64,000 nucleotides of DNA. Origin: Octopus sinensis. Its lineage: Eukaryota. The stretch lies in assembly GCF_006345805.1 (NCBI RefSeq), contig NC_043014.1, positions 6,882,001 through 6,946,000 of the forward strand. Reading direction: 5' to 3'. Each line of letters opens with the position of its first letter. Position 1 is the stretch's first letter. This document shows, piece after piece, positions 50,675 through 62,574 of this stretch. A program made the position numbers and the translations under genes. Below the pieces are notes generated by a model. The model searched no databases, was not told the origin of the DNA, and saw nothing but the letters and a program-made list of their open reading frames with translations.

Positions 50675-51296
50675 CTGTAATTAATGGAAACGATTGGAGA
50701 AAATAAGGAAGCAAATAGAAAAAAAATACAAGTAACAGAAATCAGTATAAGACAAGACGCATGGACCCCTTCATGTTACATAACAGAACCTTTCACTTTC
50801 TAAATTGATATGCAACTCGTGTGCCAGTTCCGTGACTGAAACCCTGCACTCCAATGGGAGGGATAAGGGGAGAGGGAACCAAGGGCTTTAATCCTTCTCT
50901 TATATTTTGTATGAAAAGGGTTAAAAAGGAGACACTCATGAAGGCTGCACACCAGGCCCCAATCTGATCTGGCAAAGTTTCTACAGCTGGATGCCCTTCC
51001 TAATGCCAACTGGTTATCATCATCATCGTTTAGCGTGCGTTTTCCATGCTAGCATGGGTTGGACGGTTCTACTGGGGTCTGTGAAGCCAGAAGGCTTCAT
51101 CAAGCCCAGTCAAATCTGGCAGTGTTTCTACGGCTGGATGCCCTTCCTAACGCCAACCACTCCGTGAGTGTAGTGGGTGCTTTTTACGTGCCAGACAGAG
51201 CTGGCAAACGGCCACGAACGGATGGTGCTTTTTATGTGCCACCGGCACAAGGGCCAGGCGAGGCTGGCAACGGACACGAAACGGAAAACTGGTATA

Positions 51297-51685
51297 TCTA
51301 TATAAAGCTGAAGTTGTCTGTGTGTGTATGGCAGGTTTGGTAGCCTCCAACTAACACTATCTCCTCCGAGACTCTGCGGCGCAAGTTGACCAAAATTGAG
51401 AGTATGATAGAAGGCTTGCTCTTCCTTCCATAGAAGAAAAAATTCAAATCGGACCATGTTAACACCAAAAATTATTTACATCAAAAAGGTGCTTTTTTTT
51501 TTTCTATGAAAATCCGTTTTTTACGATTTTTTTACTGCTGTGTTGCCATTTTTCGGTGTATTTCAACCAGAAAAATGTTCACTTAAAGAGAACAACAAGC
51601 TACATAATGCAAAATTTTTACTTTTCAAAAATTCCAATTCTAAAGGGTCGAAACAAACCCGAGCAACGCCGGGCGATACTGCTAG
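51297..51685 (+). mobile_element. Non-autonomous Helitron B
   Basis: A|TC...CTAG|T ends; body homologous to 3457-3848. Confidence 0.85.
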
Positions 51686-52001
51686 TTAAAGAATAAAGAT
51701 ATTGAGAGTCGAAGTTGGTTTAGTTTTACTGACTCCAGGGCCCTGATTATTTCTATAAACAATTATTATTATTGCTACAAACATCAAAGGCAGCAAACTG
51801 GCAGAACTGTTAGCATGCAGGGCAAAATGCTTAACACCATCTTGTCTGTCTTTAGGTTCCGAGTTCAAATTCCGCCAACCTCTACTTTGGCTTTCATCCT
51901 TTTGGGGGTCGAAATAAGTACCAGTTACGCACTGGGGTCGATGTAATCAAATAGCCACCTCACTCCAAAATTTCAGGCCGTGTGCCTATAGTAGGAAGCA
52001 T

Positions 52002-52633
52002 GGATCTTTTCCTTTTGAAGGCCAGATTTCAACACAATTTCTAGTTAACTAAACACTTTTAAACTTCGTATACTGGTAGAATGTGTTTATAAAACATCAT
52101 TTTCTCTTGGTTTTATTGAGAAAATTCTATAGTTTGTAAGATATTTCGTCTGAAAATCCAAGCATTTCGGCAATTTTAACCAATCGATTACCTCCATTCA
52201 ACTAAAATCATTTGCTACGTCTAAAACTGAGACAACATCCTGTAATTAACCCTAAACCTTCCCCCTAACCCTAACTTTTTTTTCTTAATTGTTAAATTAA
52301 TTTAATTCCATTGCTTTAGTTTTTTTTTTTTTTACACACGTAACAATTAAATTAACAATAAAGAAAAAATTTAGGGTTAGGGTTAGGGTTGACGTTTAGG
52401 GTTAGTTACAGGATGTTGTCTCAGTTTTAGACGCAGCAAATGATTTTAGCTCAAAAGGGAGCATAGGATTGGTTAAAATTCGAAAAATTAAACTACGTTA
52501 AACAAACAAATTACAATTTTCTCAAGAAAGCCAAGAGAAAAAAATGTTTTATTTTGACACATTCTACCAGTATACAAAGTTTTAAAGTGTTTAGTTAACT
52601 AGAAATTGTCTGCCGTTCAAAAGGAAAAGATCC
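52002..52633. mobile_element. Largely palindromic MITE with internal telomere-like repeats (possibly Merlin-like)
   Basis: TIR ggatcttttccttttgaa / ttcaaaaggaaaagatcc with long imperfect inverted arms; ccctaaccctaac near 52263 and ttagggttagggttagggtt near 52371; aagcat duplicated on both flanks. Confidence 0.7.
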
Positions 52634-55600
52634 AAAAGCATTATTATAAAAAAACATCATTTACCGTCTATTGTTCATACTGGAATAAATATTTTTTGCA
52701 GCAAGCTGGTAGAACACCAGAGAAAATCAGCAGCATTTCAGTTTGACTTTAATCAACTGACTTACACCCACCCTGGCCCTTCCCTGCAAGTTTTGAAGCC
52801 TTCTGCCTAAAGTAGAAAAGCATTATCCTTATTAAGATAAACAGAGAGACAAGTTTATAATGTTCATAGTCTGCATCATTATAAGATTAATTAAATCAAG
52901 TGAACTCTTCACAAGCTGTGATTCCGTGTTGACATAACACTCGATGCTCATTAATAACGGAGCAGTCACTGTTTAAACAATGCTTCAGAGATTAGGCTTT
53001 TGGATTAGCTTGCATCAGACACCTACTTATTAAAGAAAAGCGTTACCTTCCACACCCCACACAGTGATGGACCATGTGGGGTTCAGGGGAGCCGTGAACA
53101 TATCACCTTGCCCTTTAGATCTATTGATCTTTCCTTGCTATATAAATTAGCCACTGGTTAAAAACCTTGTTTGCGCTATCACAAAGGCAAAATTTATGAC
53201 CAAGCTGTCATCAAAGCAATCAATACAATAAATGTGAGAATTTACGAGTCTCCAGGTATGGCACATGGAGTGAGAGGGAGAATGTACAAGCATACAGTAA
53301 ATTCTGGTGCACTGAGTTAATCGTTTTCTATTAAAAAAAACCCCCGAAATTTATGGGGCGGGGGGGGGGGGGGATCGACTTCAATTTCGGTCAATATAAT
53401 CTGTCTACATTGACCTTAGTAAATGTCTTTAAAAGGGAGGAAAAATAAAAAATTAAAAACTGGAATGGTGCAGGAGTGGCTGTGTGGTAAGTAGCTTGCT
53501 AACCAACCACACGGTTGCGGGTTCAGTCCCACTGCGTGGCATCTTGGGCAAGTGTCTTCTGCTATAGCCCCGGGCCGACCAATGCCTTGTGAGAGGATTT
53601 GGTAGACGGAAACTGAAAGAAGCCTGTCGTATATATGTATGCGTGTATTTGTGTGTCTGTGTTTGTCCCCCTAGCATTGCTTGACAACCGATGCTGGTGT
53701 GTTTAGGTCCCCGTCACTTAGCGGTTTGGCAAAAAGAGACCGATAGAATAAGTACTAAAAGGTGGTGCTCCAGCATGGCCGCAGTCAAAATGACTGAAAC
53801 AAGTAAAAGAGTAAAAAGAAAGTGTTAAATTGCATGTCTAAGCCGAAGAAAGCCTGTATTTGATTACAGCAATTCAGATGGGCCACACAGGTGCTGGATC
53901 TATGCAAAGAGCACCCAATCCAGTCTGTAAAGTGGTTGGCATTAGGAAGGACATCCAGCCATAAAAGACCATGCCAAAACAGACTGCACCAATGCTGGTG
54001 CCAAGGAAGCCAGTTGCCCCTCTCCTCTAAAATGGTTGGCATTAGGGGAAACCACTAGCCATAGAAACCATGCCAAAACAGACCTTGACTTTTAAGTCTA
54101 TTGAGGTTTCCTTGCTTTATATATTAGCCACTGGTTAAGAACTTTATTTGCACTACCACAAAGGCAAAATTTACGACCAAGCAACCAACGCCATAATTGG
54201 GAGAATTTACGACAGTCTCCAGGTATGGCATGCGGGGTGAGAGGGAGAATATACAAGCATACAGCAAATTCTAGCGCATTGAGTTAATCGCTTTCTATAA
54301 ATTTAAAAAAAAACGAAATTTATGGGAAAAAACTCAACTTCAATTTCAGTCAATTTTTCTGACTACGTCCGCTTCCCATGCTAGCATGGGTCGGACAATT
54401 TGACAACTCTCTTTACTCTTTTACTTGTTTCAGTCAGTTGACTGCGGCCATGCTGGAGCACCGCCTTTAGTCGAGCAACTCGACCCCGGGACTTATTCTT
54501 TGTAAGCCCAGTACTTATTCTATCGGTCTCTTTTGCCGAACCGTGAAGTAATGGAGACGTAAACACACCAGCATCGGTTGTCAAGCAATGCTAGGGGGAC
54601 AAACACAGACACACAAACATACACGCACACAAATATATATATACGACGGGCTTCTTTCAGTTTCTGTCTACCAAATCCACTCACAAGGCTTTGGTCAGCC
54701 CGAGGCTATAGTAGAAGACACTTGCCCAAGGTGCCACGTAGTGGGACTGAACCCAGAACCATGTGGTTGGTAAGCAAGCTACTTACCACACAGCCACTCC
54801 TGCTCAGTAATCATCATCATCGTTTAGCGTCCGCTTTCCATGCTAGCATGGGTTGGACGGGTCAACTGGGGTCTGTGAAGCTGGAAGGCTTCGTCAGGCC
54901 CAGTCAGATCTGGCAGTGTTTCTACGGCTGGATGCCCTTCCTAACGCCAACCACTCCGCGAGTGTAGTGGGTGTTTTTTACATGCCACCTGCACAGGTGC
55001 CAGACAGAGCTGGCGAACGGCCACGAACGGATGGTGCACATTTTTAAAAGCATAAAAGAAAAAAAAACCTGGAATGGTGTTAAATTCCATGTCTCAGAAA
55101 CAGATGTAAGCTGAAGAAAGCCTGTATTTGATTACAGCAATTCAAATGGACCACACAGGTGCTGGTGCTATGCAAAGAGCATCCAATCCAGTCTGTAAAG
55201 TGATTGGCATTAGGAAGGGCATCCAGCCGTGAAAACCATGCCGAAACAAGACAGTGGAGCCTGGTGCAATCCTCAGGTTTGCCAGCTCTGGTCAAAATAT
55301 TCAACTCATGACCACACAGAAGACAGATGTTGAATAATAATGAGAACAACCTCAGAAGGTTAAAAGGGAAAATTGATGTTGGTGGAAACTGAACTCACAA
55401 CAGGGACGAGCAACATCTTTGTTTAACTGGCACACGCAAGAGTGGCTGTGTGGTAAGTAGCTTGCTTACCAACCACATGGTCCCGAGTTCAGTCCCACTG
55501 TGTGGCATCTTGGGCAAGTGTCTTCTGCTATAGCCTCCAGCCAACCAAAGCCTTGTGAGTGGATCTGGTAAATGGAAACTGGAAGAAGCCCGTTGTATAT

Positions 55601-56871
55601 GTGTATGTGTGTTTGTCCCCCCAACATCGCTTGACAACCGATGCTGGTGTGTTTACATCCCTGTAACCTAGCTTGTCTGAAGTAGGGCCCAAGGCTGAAT
55701 TGTTGGTGTGCCACGCAAAATGCTTAACATTTCTTCCTGGCTTTATGTTGTGGGTTCAAATTCTGCCAAGGTCGACTTGGTCTCTCATCCTTTCAGCTTT
55801 GATAAAATGATGTATCAGTCAAAGTATCTGGGACACTGTAATTGACTAAAGCCTTCCTGCTAAAAATTGCAGGCCTGATGCCAAAATGTGAAATTGAATC
55901 GTTAGTAGACTGACAAAATGCTTAGCAGCAATTTGTCAACCTTACATTGTGAGTTCAGATTCCACCAAGGTCAAGTTTGCTTTTTATCCTTGCGTCGCCT
56001 TACTGGCACTTGTGCCCTTGCTAGTAGGGTGCTAAGAGCACCATCCGAGCATGATCGCTGCCAGAGCAGCCAATTGGCTTCCGTGCCGGTGGCACGTAAA
56101 AGGGCGCCACTCGAGTGTGATCGTTACCAACATTGCCTTACTGGCACCCGTAAAAAGATTCGAGCAAGGTCATTGCCAGTACTGCCTGACTGTGTTAACT
56201 CTTTTACTTGTTTCAGTCATTTGACTGCGGCCATGCTGGAGCACTGCCTTTAGTCGAGAAAATCGACCCCGGAACTTATTCTTTGTAAGCCTAGTGCTTA
56301 TTCTATTGGTCTCTTTTACTGTACTTTTTTTTTTTCTTTTTTAGTGACTGACTTTTTAGGAGGGGAAAGAAAAGAATATTCTGTAATGAAGTCATTTTTA
56401 ACTAGAAGGCCAAATGTTGTCTTTGATTCACTCTCCAGTAAGAATTACAATCACATTTCATGCTTTTGCTTATCTTAATTCTTTTGTATTTTCATTAATC
56501 TAATGGAGAGAGAATGGTTGTATGGATGTGGTCATTTAAAAAAATATTTATTAAAATTCCACATGTTTTTGATTTAGCTGTGTATCGTTCGTGGCCGTTG
56601 CCAGCCCCGCCTGGCCCCTGTGCCGGTAGCACGTAAAAATCACCATCTGATCGTGGCCGTTTGCCAGACTCGTCTGGCACCTGTGCCGGTGGCACGTAAA
56701 ATGCCACTACACTCACGGAGTGGTTGGCGTTAGGAAGGGCATCCAGCTGTAGAAACACTGCCAGATCAGACTGGGGCCTGGTGCAGCCTTCTGGTTTCCC
56801 AGACCCCATTTGCACCGTCCAACCCATGTTAGCATGGAAAGCAAACGCTAAACGATGTTGATATATATATA

Positions 56872-56903
<32 letters not shown>

Positions 56904-57459
56904 GAGGTGAGTGGCTTAGTGGTTAGGGTGTCAGCACCATGATCGTAAGATTGTGGTTTCAATTTCTGAACCGGGCAACACGTGTTCTTGGGCAAAAACG
57001 CATTTCGCGTTGCTCCAGTCCACTCAGCTGACAAAAATGTGTAACGCTGCGATGGACTGGCGTCCCATCCAGCTGGGGAACACATACGCCATAGAAACCG
57101 GGAAACCGGACCCATGAGCCTGGCTAGGCTTTAAAAGAGCACATTTATCTATATTATATATATATATATTTGGCATTGTTAATTTGACGCTGGTCACTTT
57201 GTAACCAGGGCAGTGGCCTTTGGCCTCCATAGGCAATAAAAACAGACAATTCCTTCTGTATCCAAAACAAGGCACATGTGTGTGTGTGTGTATATTATAT
57301 ATATATATCATCATCACCGGAAGTTCCTATTCTTTGCCATTCCGGGGTTGCTTCCCATGAAGACTGCAAATGCTCTCACCATCCCTCCCCCACCCTACCC
57401 CTAGTCTCGACCTATGTAAGGTAATGTTCATACAGTGCAAAATATGAAAGGCTAGTGTT

Positions 57460-60400
57460 ATGCAGGTTGTACTGAAGGCTACTTTACTACTTCATTTCTT
57501 GCACATGAATTCTGCCAAATGCGAGCTTTCTTTTCAGGTACACGAAGCTACTGTCCACCATCCCAGGGTCTCTAGAGCCCATGCCTCCCACACCCTCAGG
57601 GTTGGCACCCTCAACGTTGGCACTCTGAAAGGTAGGTCAGGTGAGATAGTCGAGATGCTTGAACGGAGATGTGTGGATATATGTTGCATGCAAGAAATAA
57701 GGTGGAGAGGAGGATCAGCTAGGTTCCTCACAGGCAAGGAACGCAGGTACAAGATTTTCTGGGCAGGGAACACTGACGGGGTTGGTGGCGTGGGTATACT
57801 TATCGCTGAGAAATGGGTAGATAAAGTAATTGAGGTAATCAGAGTATGTGACAGAATACTTAAGATTAGATTAGTGCTTCATCATAGTTTAGCAACCATT
57901 ATATCAGCCTATGCTCCTCAGTCGGGGCTACCCGATGGACAGAAAGACCGATTCTATGACACTCTACTGCAGACTACCGTTACCTCGTTGACGAACGACA
58001 GAGACCTTATCTTTGTGGCTGGTGACTTCAATGGTCACGTTGGACGACATGCTGGGGGCTTCCATGGTGTACATGGAGGCTATGGCTATGGCTCCCGAAA
58101 CGAGGAGGGAACCAGGCTGCTGGAGTTCTGCGATGCAAATAATCTTATGATTTGCAACACTAACTTCAGGAAACCTACCAGCCACCTAGTCACTTACCGA
58201 TCGGGCCAACATACCAGCCAAATTGACTACATCCTTGCAAGGCAAAGGGAGAGATGGCTGCTTATAAATGCCAAAACCTTCCCAGGTGAATGTACCCCAC
58301 AACATAGACTGGTAGTTAGTGACTTTAGGATCAGGACTAGGAGGACAACCAGAAGACGACCAATATGGAGAAGAAGGATCTGGAAGCTTAAAGATCCTGC
58401 AAATGGACAGAGATTTAGAGACATATTACTTGAAGCCTCTGACGAAGTAGAAGGGGATAGAGCATCACAGGGTGTAGGAGACAGCTGGACGTTTCTAAGG
58501 GACAACCTGCTGAGAGCCACTGACCAGATCTGTGGCTGGTGCAAAGTCCCCTCTCGACCTAGAATAACGTGGTGGTGGAACAATATTGTAGACAGGGCTA
58601 TTAGAGAAAAGAGACAGGCTTGGAAGGTCTGGAAAAATGGGGGTAGCAGGGAATTGTATCAGACTGCCAAAAGAGAAGCTAAGAGACAGGTTTATTTAGC
58701 CAGAGGGGAAGCAGATAAGAAAAAATTTGCCAATGTTCTGCGCCGTGAGGACCAAAGACTGGAGGTGTTTCGCGTTGCAAGACAGTGTGTGAGAGAGAAT
58801 CGTGATGTGGTAGGAGAGAAGTGTGTTCGCATGGAAGATGGTTCACTTGCGCTAAATGAGGATGCAAAGAGAGAGGTTTGGAGATGCCACTATGAAAGTT
58901 TGCTGAATAAAGAAAATGAATGGGATAAAGAGAGTCTGCCGAATGTTGACCCAACAGAGGGACCAGCTATCCGAGTTGATAGTTCCGTGGTAGCTAAGGC
59001 AATTAGAAGCATGAAGACAGGAAAAGCCCCAGGCCCATCAGGAATCACTGCAGAGATGCTCAAAATGTCTGGTAGTGTCGGCTATAGCCTAGTCACCCAT
59101 ATAGTTAATCAGGTGATACACAAAGGAGTCATACCCAATGACTGGTGTAGCAGCATAATAGTCAACTGCTACAAAGGTAAAGGTGACGCCCTAGATACAA
59201 ATAACTACAGAGGTATCAAGCTGTTGGATCAGGTGATGAAGGTTACGGAGAGGGTCATAGCCCAACTAATTAGAGAGAGAGTTAGTTTAGATGAGATGCA
59301 GTTTGGGTTTGTGCCAGGGAAAAGTACTACTGATGCTATATTCCTGGTAAGGCAGCTGCAGGAGAAATACCTAGCCAAAGATAAGCCCCTGTACCTGGCT
59401 TTTGTTGACATGGAGAAAGCCTTCGACAGGGTCCCCCGATGCCTTATCTGGTGGGCAATGAGGAAACTAGGGATAGATGAATGGTTAGTGAGAGCTGTGC
59501 GGGCCATGTATAGGGACGCTGCTAGTAGGGTGAGGGTTGGAAACGAGTACAGTGAAGAATTCCGGGTAGAGGTAGGGGTCCACCAAGGCTCAGTACTCAG
59601 CCCCCTCCTATTTATCATAGTCCTCCAGGCAATAACGGAGGAATTCAAGACAGGATGCCCTTGGGAGCTCCTCTATGCTGATGACCTTGCTCTAATTGCT
59701 GAGTCGCTATCAGAACTGGAGGAGAAGTTTCAGGTGTGGAAACAAGGATTAGAATCGAAGGGCCTCAGAGTCAATCTAGCTAAAACCAAAGTCGTAATCA
59801 GTAGGAAGGTAGACAAATCACAAACGCCTTCAGGTAGATGGCCCTGCTCGATCTGTAGAAAAAGTGTAGGTAGAACTCTATAAGATGCACCAAGTGTAAG
59901 CTATGGACACATAAGAGGTGCAGCAATGTCAAAGGAAGGCTAACTAGGAAGATGGTTTTTGTATGTGGCAGATGCTCAGGAACAATAAACACTGAAAATG
60001 CTCTGAGACCAACTTCCGTCACTTTCCAGGGAGAAAAACTAGAAATAGTTGATAGTTTCCGTTACCTAGGTGACCAAGTCAGCAGCGGGGGCGGGTGTGC
60101 TGAAAGTGTAACTGCTAGAGTAAGAATAGCTTGGGCAAAGTTCAGAGAGCTCTTACCTCTGCTGGTGACAAAAGGCCTCTCGCACAGAGTGAAAGGCAGA
60201 CTGTATGATGCGTGTGTACGAACAGCCATGCTACATGGCAGTGAAACATGGGCCGTGACTGCTGAGGATATGCATAAGCTCGCAAGAAATGAAGCCAGTA
60301 TGCTCCGATGGATGTGTAATGTCAGTGTTCATAATCGACAGAGTGTAAGTACCTCGAGAGAAAAGCTGGACCTAAGAAGCATCAGTTGTGGTGTGCAAGA

Positions 60401-60629
60401 GAGACGATTGCGCTGGTATGGTCATGTGGCGAGAATGGATGAAGATAGTTGTGTGAAAAAGTGCCACACCCTAGCGGTTGAGGGAACCTGTGGAAGAGGC
60501 AGACCCAGGAAAACCTGGGACGAGGTGGTGAAGCACGACCTTCGAACTTTAGGTCTCACTGAGGAAATGACTAGAGACCGAGTCCTCTGGAAGTGTGCTG
60601 TGCGCGAGAAGACCCGGCAGGACAAGTGA
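57460..60629 (+). mobile_element. RTE-clade LINE ORF (AP endonuclease, reverse transcriptase, PHD finger), one frameshift near 59875
   Basis: APE motifs TLNVGTL, QEIRW, GDFNGHVG, QIDYIL; RT motifs QFGF, FVDMEKAFDRVP, GVHQGSVLSPLLF, YADD; C-terminal HGSETW, RRLRWYGHV, GRPRKTW. Restoring one base at 59871-59876 joins ORFs 57460-59883 and 59952-60629. Confidence 0.95.
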
Positions 60630-61327
60630 GTCCATAACCCATGGCCTTCTACTTGGGATGGAGCCAGCCTACGTATGCATACCTTCCCTTCTTGGGACAC
60701 AAAACTCTACTTGTGAAGACCTGTTGAGGCAAGTGAGGATCAGAATCGAAATCGATCAATGGAAATTGCAGATGTGTTACCAGTGCCGGTGGCATGTCGA
60801 AACTCTACTTGTGAAGACCCGTTGAGGCAAGTGAGGATCAGAATGGAAATTGATCAATGGAAATTGCAGATGTGTTACCAGTGCCAGTGGCATGTCGAAA
60901 CTCTACTTGTGAAGACCCGTTGAGGCAAGTGAGGATCAGAATGGAAATCGATCAATGGAAATCGATCAATGGAAATTGCAGATGTGTTGCCGGTGGCATG
61001 TAAGAGAACCTTCCGTTTCGCGACCGTTGCCAGCACCGCCCCGTTTCGTGTCCGTTGCCAGCCGCGCCTGGCCCTTGTGCCGGTGGCACATAAAAAGCAC
61101 CATCCGTTCGTGGCCGTTTGCCAGGTATGTCTGGCACCTATGCGGGTGGCACGTAAAAAGCACCCACTACACTCACAGAGTGGTTGGCGTTAGGAAGGGC
61201 ATCCAGCCGTAGAAACACTGCCAGATTTGACTGGGCCTGATGAAGCCTTCTGGCTTCACAGACCCCAGTAGAACCGTCCAACCCATGCTAGCATGGAAAA
61301 CGGACGCTAAACGACGATGATGATGAT
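60630..61327 (+). mobile_element. 3' UTR and (GAT)n tail of the RTE LINE
   Basis: Contiguous with the ORF stop; 98-bp tandem units at 60702, 60800 and 60898; gtgccggtggcac modules; ggttggcgttaggaagggcatccagc segment; CCATGCTAGCATGG palindrome; gatgatgat tail running into (TA)n. Confidence 0.85.
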
Positions 61328-62165
61328 ATATATATGTATATATATATATAAAGGGATAGAGATATTGTTTGCTCACTATCACCAAACATCTCCATTCATT
61401 GGAACTTGTTTGTGATTGAGATATTTTACAAGGTAAAAAGAGAAAGGTAGGAAATTCTTCATCTTTTGCATCTTTGGTATTTTGACTTTACAGTTTGAAT
61501 TGTAGAATCTATATCTTAATTCTATATTTTTCACTTCTAACTGTTGCGATATTTCGACTGGATATATCAAAATATTGCAACAGCTAACAGTGACAGATAG
61601 AATTTAAAAAATTGCTTTTGCAACTGAGATTCAAAGATTTTGAGAATATTCACGTCTATTTTTCAAAAATATATAATCTGAAAGTTTGCTTTTGTCTTAG
61701 ACTGAAAATTTTTTGTATTTAATTCATACAAGTATTTTTTGAAGTTTCTAATCTAACTTGATTTGAAATGGATATTCGTGGACATTATAAAAATAGTCGT
61801 GAAAATATACCCCCTCCCCCACAATGAATGCCGTTGAAAAAGAATTGCGAAAAGCCTCGTCAAAGAGGAAAAGATTCAACTTGAATGGTCAGCAGATTGT
61901 AGACTTCAACCTGTGTGTGCCCTAACACCGCTTGACAACTGGTGTTAGTTTGTTTTCATCCCTGTGAATTAATGTTTCAGTAAAAGAGACCCATAGAATA
62001 AGTACCAGGCATTAGAAGAAGGTAAAGTCCTGGGGTTGCAGCCGAGTGACCGAAACAAGCAAAAGAATAAAAGTATGTATGTATTCTGTGAAATCGACCC
62101 CAGGACATATATCAGTCTCTTTTGCTGAACCGCTATGTGACAGTGACAGGGAAATGTACAAATCA

Positions 62166-62200
<35 letters not shown>

Positions 62201-62574
62201 TATTTATAACTTCTGGCTTTGCGTGCTAATTAAGGAAATATAGAATTCCTCGTGTACATCGCCAGATATTTCTCTTTCGCCTTCTTTGGAACAGGGGAGA
62301 CAATAGTTGCTTGTAAGAGTGAATTGCTATCCAGAGTTACCTTCCTTGGGAGAGAAAAAAACCCCACCTAGTTTAACGTTGATAAAATACGAAGACAAGA
62401 TTTCGTCTAAGACAGGACCCGAGGTCAATTTAAATTACCATTCCGTTCTGAAGAATGTGACCATGTGCCTACCATGTCCAAAAATCGTTATTGTGGATTT
62501 CTAAATTGTTGATTTCAAACTGTGTCACAAAGCTTGCAATTACGGGGCAGACTGATCCGTCATGTGATATCGAA

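Noticed and set aside
52260-52392. Interstitial telomere or chromosome-fusion site
   Set aside because: Only 2-3 repeats on each side, and they are integral to the inverted arms of a MITE.
61237-61258. CTGATGA followed by a hairpin in the RTE tail as a second hammerhead
   Set aside because: No GAAA follows the stem, and other copies read tggtgcagcc, so the core is not conserved.
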